Below are positions 30,001-38,950 of a stretch of 64,000 nt of DNA, in pieces. The notes beneath the pieces are model-generated. The model saw only the letters and a program-made list of their open reading frames with translations, searched no databases and had not been told where the DNA came from. The stretch covers positions 108,887 through 172,886 of the forward strand of contig CAWBTB010000002.1 of the NCBI GenBank assembly GCA_963791605.1. The letters run 5' to 3'. This stretch comes from an uncultured Actinomycetota bacterium (lineage in GTDB: Bacteria > Actinomycetota > Actinomycetes > Actinomycetales > Microbacteriaceae). The translations under genes and the position numbers were made by a program. The number at the start of each line of letters is the position of its first letter. Position 1 is the first letter of the stretch.

Positions 30001-33000
30001 CAACGGTTGATTCTTTGCCTCGCATCGATCCGTTGTTCCTCTCGATTAACATCACGAATGCGATGCCCGAATCTGTGGTGCGGGCGCTCGGCGCCGCGCG
30101 GTCAGCCGTCGGCGACCCGGCCCGTGTCGCCGACAGCTGGGTGACCGCGTTCGACGAAGGTGCTGTGATTGCAGGGCCTTCCGCAATCGGATGGCTTGTC
30201 GCTGCGGGTCGATGCGCCGAAGCGCTCGACTTCTACCTGCGCAATGAGAAGCGAATAGTCCCGAACGCAACACTTCTGTGGAACATCGCGGCGGCGCTTG
30301 CGAACTGTGGTCAGTACACGGAGGCAGTCCGCTGGTTCCGCACCGCCAGCGACCTTTCGCAGAACGACCCGCCAGGGAGCCTCCGCGAGGCGCGTGACGC
30401 TCTGTTTGCTTACTTGGGCGAGTCTCCGCCGTCGCCGCGGACGCCGTTCGAAGAGTTGCCTGATCCTGCCGCGCCTATCACGCCAGGCCTGTTCCGACGA
30501 GTCGTCAAGATACTGCGGAACAGACTATCGAGCGGGCGAATAGCACTCGCTGATGCCTACGCCGTGGGGCTGAAGTATTACGGCGGGCTCGCTGACCCAG
30601 CGAGCGCGCGAGGGCCATGGGCGGTACTGCTCCATGAGACAGAGCACAGCGACGAGGCGTATATGCTCCTCGCCGAGGTGCTATCTGAGGCCGATGCCTC
30701 GAATCTGCCTTTCGTTGGGTCCTTCGTCAAGGTTGCGGAGCGGACAGGACGCGCTATCGAGGGGATAGCCGTCATCACGAGGCTGCCGAAGAATTCTGCC
30801 GTGCTCGTGGCGCGGGCCAAGCTTGAGCTCGCAGCTGGCGATCGTGCGGCTGCGAAGAAGTCGCTCGAAGCCGCCCTCGCTCTCTCGCCGCGCCACGACG
30901 AAGCCTCGAAACTCTACGCGCGCCTCGGGAAACCCATGGTCGAGTCCCTTGAAGCGCTTGGTCCGCTGTTCGAGGCTCCGGCGGTGCGGGCTGTCACCCG
31001 CACGGCGAACGGCGACATCGAGGTCGTCCTTGGTCTGCGGATCCGCCGAGCCCTCTCGCAGGTGATCTGCGCGATCGGTGACGCCACACCCATTGCGGAG
31101 TGGCATGATCTGTTGCCGTGGACCGTATCCGACGCCAAGTGGCAGTGGCACCTACTCCCAATCGCCGTGAAGGGTATTGCGCCGGCCGAGATTAGCGTCA
31201 CGCTTGTCGAAGACTTCGGTGACACGCACGTTCACAGAGTGACTCTGCCAGCCCCGCAAGCACCACAGACGGTCTTCCTCCCGTTCGACCCCAACGAGGT
31301 CGTCGAGGACCTGTTTGTCGGCAGAAGCGAGACGATACGCACTATCGAGGAGCACTACCGCGCTCGGAAACAGATCCTCTTTCTCGGAGGGCCCCGGCAG
31401 GTGGGCAAGTCCTCGCTCGTGGTTCGATGTCGCCGCAGGTCGAGGAATGGCGAAAGCGCTCTCACCTTTGTTTACATGGATGGGGAGAGATATGCCCGAG
31501 GGGAGTCTTTTCTCACTCAGGTGGCGGCCGCGATCAGCTTGGAACTCGAGCAGCGCGGTGCGGATGGGTTCGGTGATCCGCCGCCCGTCGTGACGGCCTT
31601 CCAATTCCAGAAGTGGTTCCGCGACCGGGTCGTTCCCTACCTCCAGCCCGATGGCATGGTGCTTGTGGTCGACGAGATCCAGGTGATGTTTGAGCGTCTC
31701 AGTGCGGAGGATCCCTCACAATCGCTCCTGCGTGAGACCGCTGGTGTGCTCCGGTCGCTAAATGCGGACGTCGACATCCCGCTGAAGATCCTCTTGCTCG
31801 GTTCATGTACGTTTGCGAGCGTTCGCGACCGGTTACTCGACACTAACATCGCCGACGAACTGCGCGAGGAGACCATCGGCTTCTTGACCCCGGAAGAGAC
31901 GCGAGAGCTGGTGGTAAAGGGATTCAATCAGGGCCGCAAGTCGGAGCCGTACTTCTTCGTCCTCCCGGACGCGTTCGACGAACTCTGGGCGATGACCGCG
32001 GGGTACCCAAACCACGTGCATTTGCTCGCTCGAAGGACGGCTGACCACGTCGCTTCCCGAGGCGCGCGAGTGATCTCGGCTGAGACGGTCCGTGACGCAG
32101 CGGAGACTCTCGTGAGATCCGGCCGCACTGTGGTTCAGCACCTGCTTGGACGCGAGCGGGAGCGGGAATATCAGCAACGCGTGCTCTCGGCTCTCGCCGA
32201 GGTGTACGGCTCCGACTCACCCGAAGACGCAGTGGATCCACCCACACTCGACCTACTGAAGAAGAGTCTCGGCCCTGAGAACGCGGAGGGTATCGAACGC
32301 TTCCTCCGCCTTGGTCTGCTCCGCGAAACCGATCAAGGTGCGATCGTGATCGCGAACGGACTTGCCTCGCGGTGGTTGACCGAGAACGCGATACAGCTGA
32401 GGTTCGGCATAGCAGGCCTGCGCGAACGGCCACAGTTCTCTGCGCTTCGCGACGCCGGATTCGCCCTGCAGGGCCAGCCTGCGACCGATGCGTTTGGCTT
32501 GTACATCGTGGTGGAGCGCGAAGGGAGTCTCTACCGTGCCCGCCGCGTCGCCCGCCCAGACGGGGTGAACCCGGACGACCTCATCCAGGTGAAGAGTGAG
32601 TCGCTGTTGGACGATAGCGCGGGCTGGGTCGAGGACGTCGTGGACCCCTGGCTACTCATCTCGCACGCGCAGGGACGCCCGCTCAGCGATTTCGTCCTGC
32701 GCGGACAGGCGGAAAACTGGGAATTGCGTGACACCATCGAAGTCGTCAAACGCATCCGGGATGCCGCGAGCGTGCTCCAGCGCCTTTTGACGGAATCGCA
32801 CTGGGTGCATGGCAACCTTAGCGAGGACAACGTGATCCACCGTGGTTCGCTGGGCACGTTTCTCGCCGACAGTGCGTTCGGTAGCGACTGGATGGTGGGG
32901 CCACTCACCCGCTTCACGCCGGGCCCGCTCCGCCCCCCACAGCAGCAGATCCGCTTTAACAGTGGCAAGCAGTTTTCACCGAAGGACGATGTCTTCGCGC

Positions 33001-33230
33001 TCGGTGCACTTCTCGTGCATGTGCTCGATCGGCAGGGACGCCACCCATACTCGATGGACCCCTCTGGTCACGCCGACGTGTACACGACCTTCATCGCACC
33101 GGAACAGGCGGGCGTCGACGCGGGCCTCGTGCGCATTGCGCGGGCAATGTGTGATCCCGACGAGGAGAGCCGCCCCGATCTCGATTACTGCCTGAGCACA
33201 CTCACTCGCTGGGTGGCGCCGTATCGCTGA
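27006..33230 (+). CDS. Giant multidomain protein: helical N-terminus, TPR repeats, STAND-type P-loop NTPase, C-terminal kinase-like (pseudokinase) domain; start uncertain (26754, 27006 or 27123)
   Basis: Open frame over 6.2 kb; LFVGR, Walker A GGPRQVGKS (31386-31412), Walker B VLVVDE (31659-31676), TAGYP (GYP at 32001); HGNLSEDN (32808), DDVFALG, ESRP. Confidence 0.85.
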   Translation: MTKHAPASAVGIRDLAHCAEAIALGRSVAVQTINSAAPVMFQLLQYGVLASLINGEPDSATVRRIALQFSQLASANDARDIVPLVDWWHMVFLGEALDGSFHLGARVPKQLHAALRRALPHRRALLHRALQSWYIHSVVALRQLADQPTPTDRVIFERLMIQNADAAIAALQDGRVELLDDILGRSPEDLVTRADPGRTIPRNGVRWPGLVERARELQEAVACARETAVAMGSLESDTDFDPARIGGASFGLYESLVTGVERNMWDSVWIPAHELSQNAAQCLAALLHMLGVRSDEVVAEWDAIDRETAPYRGELNSLLGEASSGVDTAAAREAADALRWGLVDDAQVWIAELRATLALERMRLRSAALSGLVGRLHDDEERRRVRALLESANVLLASGNATPVSDLLALAENIVERQGDVAWPSRTGNAETSDEVWPDSADHPPDGLQARARTALAAGHFDELIALAPSMVGAEDQWFWRLLANEVPIASRAKVWVGVRRPYLEVTERNDDLTGLLLPPQPPRVISLSGSPADRSLLVHQPKREFTLTSREIPVVDGAIIALEHSDPATAADLFRQSFQEGWFPGLGHAVACYLEAGRPDRALSSYADFLVAYPTGFIAPGVAWNLAVAYEWVGEVARSAASLRYFLRVLPGDLIDDQATQIGLFEKRHPGAVGQIPAVAALAPVEQPRSGTARTNRTPQSENQLQEIRAREEYERGDTRAAIVRLRRHLEKVPRSPAAHQLLKYYRELGQWEPAEKLIADLDRRGTASWRHFVELARVQLVCNRFAEGIAVLDQIVTANEGIAFDATYSALREQLERSLDEEHRSKERLNPTAPSGTSDHDGQTPLSRDDLRRVLLRYVTDGELARAVALADSSTSVGSWAAIALLEAVRDLSPSLADDDNRARLIEVLARASVPVVIQTVEVLRVAADREAESAPRIRADVIRLLELARGYDETPLRSIRLGWTLARALEAADREPEAQQILTAIMPPPPNRDVLPTVDSLPRIDPLFLSINITNAMPESVVRALGAARSAVGDPARVADSWVTAFDEGAVIAGPSAIGWLVAAGRCAEALDFYLRNEKRIVPNATLLWNIAAALANCGQYTEAVRWFRTASDLSQNDPPGSLREARDALFAYLGESPPSPRTPFEELPDPAAPITPGLFRRVVKILRNRLSSGRIALADAYAVGLKYYGGLADPASARGPWAVLLHETEHSDEAYMLLAEVLSEADASNLPFVGSFVKVAERTGRAIEGIAVITRLPKNSAVLVARAKLELAAGDRAAAKKSLEAALALSPRHDEASKLYARLGKPMVESLEALGPLFEAPAVRAVTRTANGDIEVVLGLRIRRALSQVICAIGDATPIAEWHDLLPWTVSDAKWQWHLLPIAVKGIAPAEISVTLVEDFGDTHVHRVTLPAPQAPQTVFLPFDPNEVVEDLFVGRSETIRTIEEHYRARKQILFLGGPRQVGKSSLVVRCRRRSRNGESALTFVYMDGERYARGESFLTQVAAAISLELEQRGADGFGDPPPVVTAFQFQKWFRDRVVPYLQPDGMVLVVDEIQVMFERLSAEDPSQSLLRETAGVLRSLNADVDIPLKILLLGSCTFASVRDRLLDTNIADELREETIGFLTPEETRELVVKGFNQGRKSEPYFFVLPDAFDELWAMTAGYPNHVHLLARRTADHVASRGARVISAETVRDAAETLVRSGRTVVQHLLGREREREYQQRVLSALAEVYGSDSPEDAVDPPTLDLLKKSLGPENAEGIERFLRLGLLRETDQGAIVIANGLASRWLTENAIQLRFGIAGLRERPQFSALRDAGFALQGQPATDAFGLYIVVEREGSLYRARRVARPDGVNPDDLIQVKSESLLDDSAGWVEDVVDPWLLISHAQGRPLSDFVLRGQAENWELRDTIEVVKRIRDAASVLQRLLTESHWVHGNLSEDNVIHRGSLGTFLADSAFGSDWMVGPLTRFTPGPLRPPQQQIRFNSGKQFSPKDDVFALGALLVHVLDRQGRHPYSMDPSGHADVYTTFIAPEQAGVDAGLVRIARAMCDPDEESRPDLDYCLSTLTRWVAPYR

Positions 33231-33729
33231 GCGAGGAAAATTGTGCCCCCGACCGTCGCCAACGGGCGCCCCGCGCATCCGTGAACTCTACGACGACATC
33301 AAGGATTGCATCGTCCGGCACCGCCACGGCATACCAGACCGCAATGTCTGAACGCCCCTGAGGTGGCACGACCGGGATCCGCTGCGCTTCAGGCACCGCG
33401 GATCCCTCTGTCGATTTCAGTGTCACGACTAGCGCGAAGATCGCCATGTCGCTCGAGTTCTCGATGTGCGCCACGACGTCGGTGTACTTGCCGTTGCCAG
33501 CCACGACCTCTGACCACGCGGTCACTCTCCGAACTTGCTCCTCAGTCTCCGCGCGCTGTTCCCTCTCGGCGCGCTCAGCCTCGCCGGACTCCGCCTCTCG
33601 GCGATCTCGGCGGGATCGGGCGTCCTCCAGCACGAAGGCAAGCAGCGCGAGCGGTGTAGCGACGGCGGCCACCCAATCGGGGATCGAGCCCCAGTTCCAG
33701 CTTGCGACGAGAACGGGCCAGTCGTTCAC
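33202..33729 (-). CDS. Small membrane-anchored hypothetical protein (175 aa)
   Basis: WGSIPDWVAAVATPLALLAFVL TM, charged coil, then a beta-rich domain ending VEFTDARGARWRR; GTG at 33729. Confidence 0.7.
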   Translation of the reverse strand: MNDWPVLVASWNWGSIPDWVAAVATPLALLAFVLEDARSRRDRREAESGEAERAEREQRAETEEQVRRVTAWSEVVAGNGKYTDVVAHIENSSDMAIFALVVTLKSTEGSAVPEAQRIPVVPPQGRSDIAVWYAVAVPDDAILDVVVEFTDARGARWRRSGAQFSSLSDTAPPSE

Positions 33730-33913
33730 GGGGCTCCCCTCCGCCGACGGTCGTCGGCGTCTTATGGGCCAAGTGTGGCATCCGCGAGGCGTCGCGCGAA
33801 TCACGGGACGCCCGGGGCTTCCGCGTACTTCGCAGGACGTGAAGTACGCTGGTGCCACGTGTGGGGCGCCTCGGGGGCGTCCGCACGCCTTGGACGAAAG
33901 ACGGCTGGGCACA

Positions 33914-34594
33914 ATGACCTCACGCATCCTCGTGGTCGATGACGACACGGCACTCGCCGAGATGATCGGAATCGTGCTGCGCACGGAAGGCTTCGAGCCC
34001 GTGTTCTGCGCGGACGGCGCCAAGGCCGTCGACGAATGGCGCACGCAGCGCCCCGACCTCGTGCTGCTGGATCTGATGCTGCCCGGCATGGACGGGATCG
34101 AGATCTGCACGCGCATCCGCGCCGAGTCCGGCGTGCCCGTGATCATGCTCACCGCACGCAGCGACACGGCGGACGTGGTGCGCGGCCTCGAGGTCGGCGC
34201 GGACGACTACATCGTCAAGCCGTTCAACCCCAAGGAGCTCGTCGCCCGGATCCGCACGCGGCTGCGGCCGACGCCGCAGTCCACCACCGAGGTGCTCCGC
34301 ATCGGCGACCTCACGATCGACGTCGACGCGCACGAGGTGCGCCGCGGCACCGCGCCGATCGCACTCACCCCGCTCGAGTTCCAGCTCCTGGTCGCCCTCG
34401 CCTCCAAGCCGCAGCAGGTGTTCTCCCGCGAGATGCTGCTCGAGCAGGTCTGGGGCTACCACTACAAGGCCGACACGCGCCTGGTGAACGTGCACGTGCA
34501 GCGGCTGCGGGCCAAGGTCGAGCTCGATCCGGACAGCCCGCGGATCGTGACCACCGTGCGCGGCGTCGGGTACCGTGCCGGGAGCGTGGCCTGA
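33914..34594 (+). CDS. mtrA: Two-component response regulator MtrA
   Basis: RILVVDDDTALAEMIGIVL, PDLVLLDLMLPG, EQVWGYHYKADTRLVNVHVQRLRAKVE. Confidence 0.96.
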   Translation: MTSRILVVDDDTALAEMIGIVLRTEGFEPVFCADGAKAVDEWRTQRPDLVLLDLMLPGMDGIEICTRIRAESGVPVIMLTARSDTADVVRGLEVGADDYIVKPFNPKELVARIRTRLRPTPQSTTEVLRIGDLTIDVDAHEVRRGTAPIALTPLEFQLLVALASKPQQVFSREMLLEQVWGYHYKADTRLVNVHVQRLRAKVELDPDSPRIVTTVRGVGYRAGSVA

Positions 34595-34620
34595 CGCTCG
34601 CGCGGGCCGCCGGTGGGTCG

Positions 34621-36285
34621 ATGTCGCAGAGCGCGGTGGTGCGCGGTGCCCGGCAGAGCGCACGCCGGGTGGCCATCCTGTGGCAGCGTTCGCTGCGGTT
34701 CCGGACCCTCGCCATCACGCTCGCGCTGACCTCGATCGCGGTGCTCGTGACGTGCGTCGCGATGGCACTCGCCGTGCAGAACAACCTCTGGGAGGCGCGC
34801 AAGGATCAGGCGCTGCTCGACGCGCGCCGCGCGGTCGATTCCGTGCAGTCCGCGGTCTACTCCGCCGACACGCAGGGCAACCGCACCGCGCTGCTCGGCC
34901 TGATGGGCGACGTCAACAGCCGGCTGAGCTCCGTCTCCAGCGCCCAGATGGTGGGGGTGTTCCCGATCGACAACGGATCCGCCCAGGCCGCGCCTCCCGG
35001 GTTCCTGCGCGCGGGGTTCACCGAGGACCTGGTGTCGGACCAGATGCGCCAGCGCGTCGCGAAGGACGACACCAAGCAGTGGTGGCAGCCCGTCGCGCTG
35101 CACGACCCGGACGGATCCCAGCACGCCGGCATCGTCGTCGGCCAGCAGCTGAAGATCCCCGATGCGGGCTCCTACGAGCTGTACATCGCGTACGACCTCG
35201 CCGACACCGAGCAGACCCTCGTGCTGGTGCAGTCCAGCCTCGGGATCGCCGGCAGCGTGCTGGTCGCGCTCATCGCGCTCATCGCGTGGTTCTCGCTGCG
35301 CTCGGTGGTGCAGCCGATCACCGAGGCGGCCGAGACCAGCGCGCGCTTCGCCGGCGGCGACTTCGACGTGCGGCTGCCGGTGCGCGGACAGGACGAGCTG
35401 GCCACCCTCGGCCGCTCCTTCAACGCCATGGCCGACAGCATCGAGGCGCAGATCAAGGAGCTCGGCGAGCTGAGTCTCGTGCAGCAGCGGTTCGTGTCGG
35501 ACGTCTCGCACGAACTGCGCACCCCGCTGACCACGATCCGGCTCGCCGCCGAGATGCTCAACGACCAGCGCGACGAGTTCGACCCGACCACGGCGCGCAC
35601 CGCCGAGCTGCTGCAGACGCAGGTGCACCGGTTCGACACCCTGCTCGCCGACCTGCTGGAGATCAGCCGCTACGACGCGGGATCCGTGCAGCTGGAGACG
35701 GAGGCGACGAGCCTCGCGCACCTCGCCGAGGATCTCGTCGAGGACATGCGGCCTCTCGCCCAGACGCACGACACCGAGCTGCGCTTCGTCGCCCCCGGCG
35801 GGCACACACCGGTCGATCTCGACCCGCGCCGGGTGCGCCGGATCCTGCGCAACCTCATCGGCAACGCGATCGAGCACGGCGAGGGCCGCCCTGTCGTGAT
35901 CACCGTGGACAGCAACCAGAACGCGGTGGCCGTCGGGGTGCGCGACAGCGGTCTCGGCATGTCCGCGCCGGATGCGGAGCGGGTGTTCGACCGCTTCTGG
36001 CGGGCGGATCCGTCCCGGCGCCGCACGATCGGGGGAACCGGTCTCGGGCTCTCGATCGCGCTCGGCGACGCACGGCTGCACGGCGGCACGCTCGCGGTGT
36101 GGTCCGAGCTCGGCCATGGCACCAACTTCGTGCTCACGCTGCCGCGCGGAGCGGGGCCGCTGGACGGCGCGTCGCCGGTCCCGCTGGAGGCGGCGGAGCC
36201 GATCGCCGAGATCGGCGTGAACACCGTTCCCATCACGCAGCCTGCCGACCGGCCCGCAACGCGCGGAGACGAGGAGGAGTCATGA
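34621..36285 (+). CDS. mtrB: Sensor histidine kinase MtrB
   Basis: Two TMs, HAMP, QQRFVSDVSHELRTPLTT, RFWRADPSR.R..GGTGLGL. Confidence 0.95.
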   Translation: MSQSAVVRGARQSARRVAILWQRSLRFRTLAITLALTSIAVLVTCVAMALAVQNNLWEARKDQALLDARRAVDSVQSAVYSADTQGNRTALLGLMGDVNSRLSSVSSAQMVGVFPIDNGSAQAAPPGFLRAGFTEDLVSDQMRQRVAKDDTKQWWQPVALHDPDGSQHAGIVVGQQLKIPDAGSYELYIAYDLADTEQTLVLVQSSLGIAGSVLVALIALIAWFSLRSVVQPITEAAETSARFAGGDFDVRLPVRGQDELATLGRSFNAMADSIEAQIKELGELSLVQQRFVSDVSHELRTPLTTIRLAAEMLNDQRDEFDPTTARTAELLQTQVHRFDTLLADLLEISRYDAGSVQLETEATSLAHLAEDLVEDMRPLAQTHDTELRFVAPGGHTPVDLDPRRVRRILRNLIGNAIEHGEGRPVVITVDSNQNAVAVGVRDSGLGMSAPDAERVFDRFWRADPSRRRTIGGTGLGLSIALGDARLHGGTLAVWSELGHGTNFVLTLPRGAGPLDGASPVPLEAAEPIAEIGVNTVPITQPADRPATRGDEEES

Positions 36286-37995
36286 GGCTCGCGCGGATCC
36301 TGCGCAGCACGATCGTGCTCGCCGCAGCCCTCGGGCTCGCCGCGTGCGCCGCGCTGCCCACGACCGGCGACGTGCGCCCGGGGCTGGCGGCAGGGCAGAA
36401 GAGCGACAACAGCTCCGACGTCGCCTACGTGCCGCAGGGGCCGTCCGACGGCATGGACCCGGAGCAGATCGTGCGCGGCTTCATCGACGCGGCCTCGAGC
36501 CCGAAGGACAGCTGGGGCATCGCCCGCGAATACCTCACCTCGTCGGCGGCGCAGGCGTGGAAGCCGGACGTCGGCGTCACGATCGACACCTCGCTCTCGG
36601 ACCGGCGCTACGACGCACCGGCGGTCGCCAAGAGCGCGACCTCGACGTCGGTGCGGCTCGGGCTGCAGCAGACCGCGAACGTCGACGAGAACGGCAACTA
36701 CGCGGGGCTCGCGGCGAGCGGGCTCGGCAGAGCTCCCGTTCTCCCTCGCCAAGGGCTCGGACGGGCAGTGGCGCATCTCGGCGGCGCCGGACGGCATCGT
36801 GCTGGACGCGCAGTCGTTCGCTGCGGGCGACGTCTTCGCGCCGTACTCGCTCGAGTACTTCGACCCCACCTGGACCTATCTCGTGCCGGACGTGCGCTGG
36901 TTCCCGAAACGCGAGAACACGGCGAGCCGCATCGTGCAGTCCCTGGTGAGCGGCAAGCCCAGCCCGTGGCTCGTGAACGGCGTGCGCACGGCGTTCACCG
37001 GCGACGTGGCGCTCGCCCGCAACACGGTGACCCCCGACGCTCAGGTCGCCGAGGTCGCGCTCACCGACGCCGCCCTGAGCGCGGATCAGGCGACGCTCGC
37101 GCGCATGCGGACCCAGCTCGAGCACAGTCTCGCCGGTGTCGGCGTGCTGCAGGTGAAGCTCACGGTCGGCGGTCGCGACCTCAACGCCGGATCCGCGGCC
37201 GCCGCGTCGACCACGGTGGATCCGCGCCCGCTCGTGCTCTCGGACAAGGGCTTCGGTTTCCTGACCGACGGCGAGGTCACCCCGATCGCCGGGGTCTCCA
37301 CCGAGCTCGCGTCCTTCCCCAAGCCGATCGTCGCGATCCGCGCGGCCAGCGGTGCGCAGCGCGTGGCCGTGCAGGCCTCGGACGGTGTGGTCTACGCCGT
37401 CGCGGACGGCAAAGTCGACGAGGTCGACGGCCGGGGGGCGCTGACCGCCCCCGCGCTGGATCCGTTCGGCTACATCTGGACGGTCCCGCAGCAGTCGCCG
37501 CAGTCGATCATCGCGTGGTCCACGTCGATCTCGCCGAGCCAGATCGCGGGTGCCCCGCAGGACGCATCCCAGGTCTCCGCGATCGCGATCAGCAGGGACG
37601 GCTCGCGACTCGCGATGGCCGTCGTCGCGACGGGGCAGACCAGGGTCGAGGTGTTCGCCATCACGCGCGACGACCGGGGCGAGCCCACCGCGATCGGTCC
37701 GCAGAACGTGCTGACCTGGCCTCCCGGGACGGTGACCGATCTCACCTGGCTGGACGACACGACGGTGGGCGTGCTCACCTCGGAAGGTTCGAGCACGGTG
37801 CTGCTGGAGCAGCCCGTGGGCGGGCCGATGACCACCCTGGTCGTGCCGGACGCGACGCGCACCGTCGCACCGTCCTCGTCCACGGCGTCCATCCGGCTGC
37901 TCGGCGGCACCGGGGTGCTCTGGGTGCGCAGCGGGCCCAACTGGCCCCAGGTGAGCACGAACGTGAAGGTGCTCGGGGTCCAGCTGGGCGGGTGA
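36282..37995 (+). CDS. lpqB: Lipoprotein LpqB; apparent frameshift(s) near 36720-36740
   Basis: Lipobox LAACAALP, IVRGFIDA, AREYLT, then YFDPTWTYLVPDVRWFP in another frame; follows mtrAB. Confidence 0.88.
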
Positions 37996-38108
37996 GATCG
38001 GCGGGCCGGGATGCGGATCGTTCCGCACAGGGCGGGGCGCGCCCGGGTTCCGCACCGAATGCGGCGGGCGGCGGACCGGCGCCTGCGGCCTGCGGTGAGG
38101 ATCGGGGG

Positions 38109-38859
38109 ATGACCGCCGAACCGCTGCGCCTCCTGTTCCGTGAGATCGTCGATCTCGTCTTCGCCTCGGTGTGCGCGGGATGCGGCGCGACCGGTACGGC
38201 GCTCTGCCCGGAGTGCGAGCGCCGGCCTCGTCCCGCGCGTGCTCCGGCCCTGCGCGCAGGGCGCGTCCGCGGCGCTGCCGCTGCGGGCCGGGCTCGCGTT
38301 CGAGGGCGTCGCGGCCTCGGTGCTGCGCGCGGTCAAGGAGGACGGCCAGACTGCGCTGATCCGTGCGCTGCGTCCTGCGCTCGCCGCGGCCGTCTGACGA
38401 TGTGCGTGGTCGGCGCGGCTCTCGGAGCGAGGGGGTGAGCGGCGCCGGATCGACGTGGTGGTCCCCGTGCCGACCTCTCGGGCCGCATTCCGCCGGCGCG
38501 GGTTCCGGGTGCCCGAGCTGCTCGCCGGCGGCACGGGGATCCCCGTGCGACGGGTGCTGCGGTACGCGCGCCGGATCGAGGACCAGCGCGGGCTGAGCGT
38601 CGGCCAGCGCCGGCGGAACCTCGCGGGCGGGCTGATCGCGACCCGGGCGGGCGCGGGGCGGACCGCGCTCATCGTGGACGACGTCATCACGACCGGCGCG
38701 ACGTGCGAGGAGGCGGCGCGAGCGCTGCGTGCGGCGGGCTTCGAGGTGGTCGGCGCGGCGGCCGTCGCGGCGACCCTGCGGCAGCGGCGATCGCGACGCT
38801 GCGCGCGCACCCAGGCGGAGCTCACGGTGAACGCGCACGACACGCAGGTGAATTGTTGA
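38109..38859 (+). CDS. ComF-family phosphoribosyltransferase-like protein (frameshifted)
   Basis: CAGC....TALCPEC zinc ribbon, VVPVPTS.AAFRRRGF, LIVDDVITTGAT. Confidence 0.85.
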
Positions 38860-38950
38860 TGACACGACGGTGCCGCCCGACTACGGTAGGGATTCACAAA
38901 GGCGACCACGGTCCGCCCTTGGCCGGGCGGACCGGAACAAGGAGGTCAGG

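Noticed and set aside
26905-33780. TGCCACAC/GTGTGGCA as terminal inverted repeats of the islet
   Set aside because: Only 8 bp, no target duplication, and the left copy overlaps a probable host promoter.
34575-38438. 1287 aa ORF
   Set aside because: A chimera of off-frame mtrB sequence with the real N-termini of lpqB and comF.
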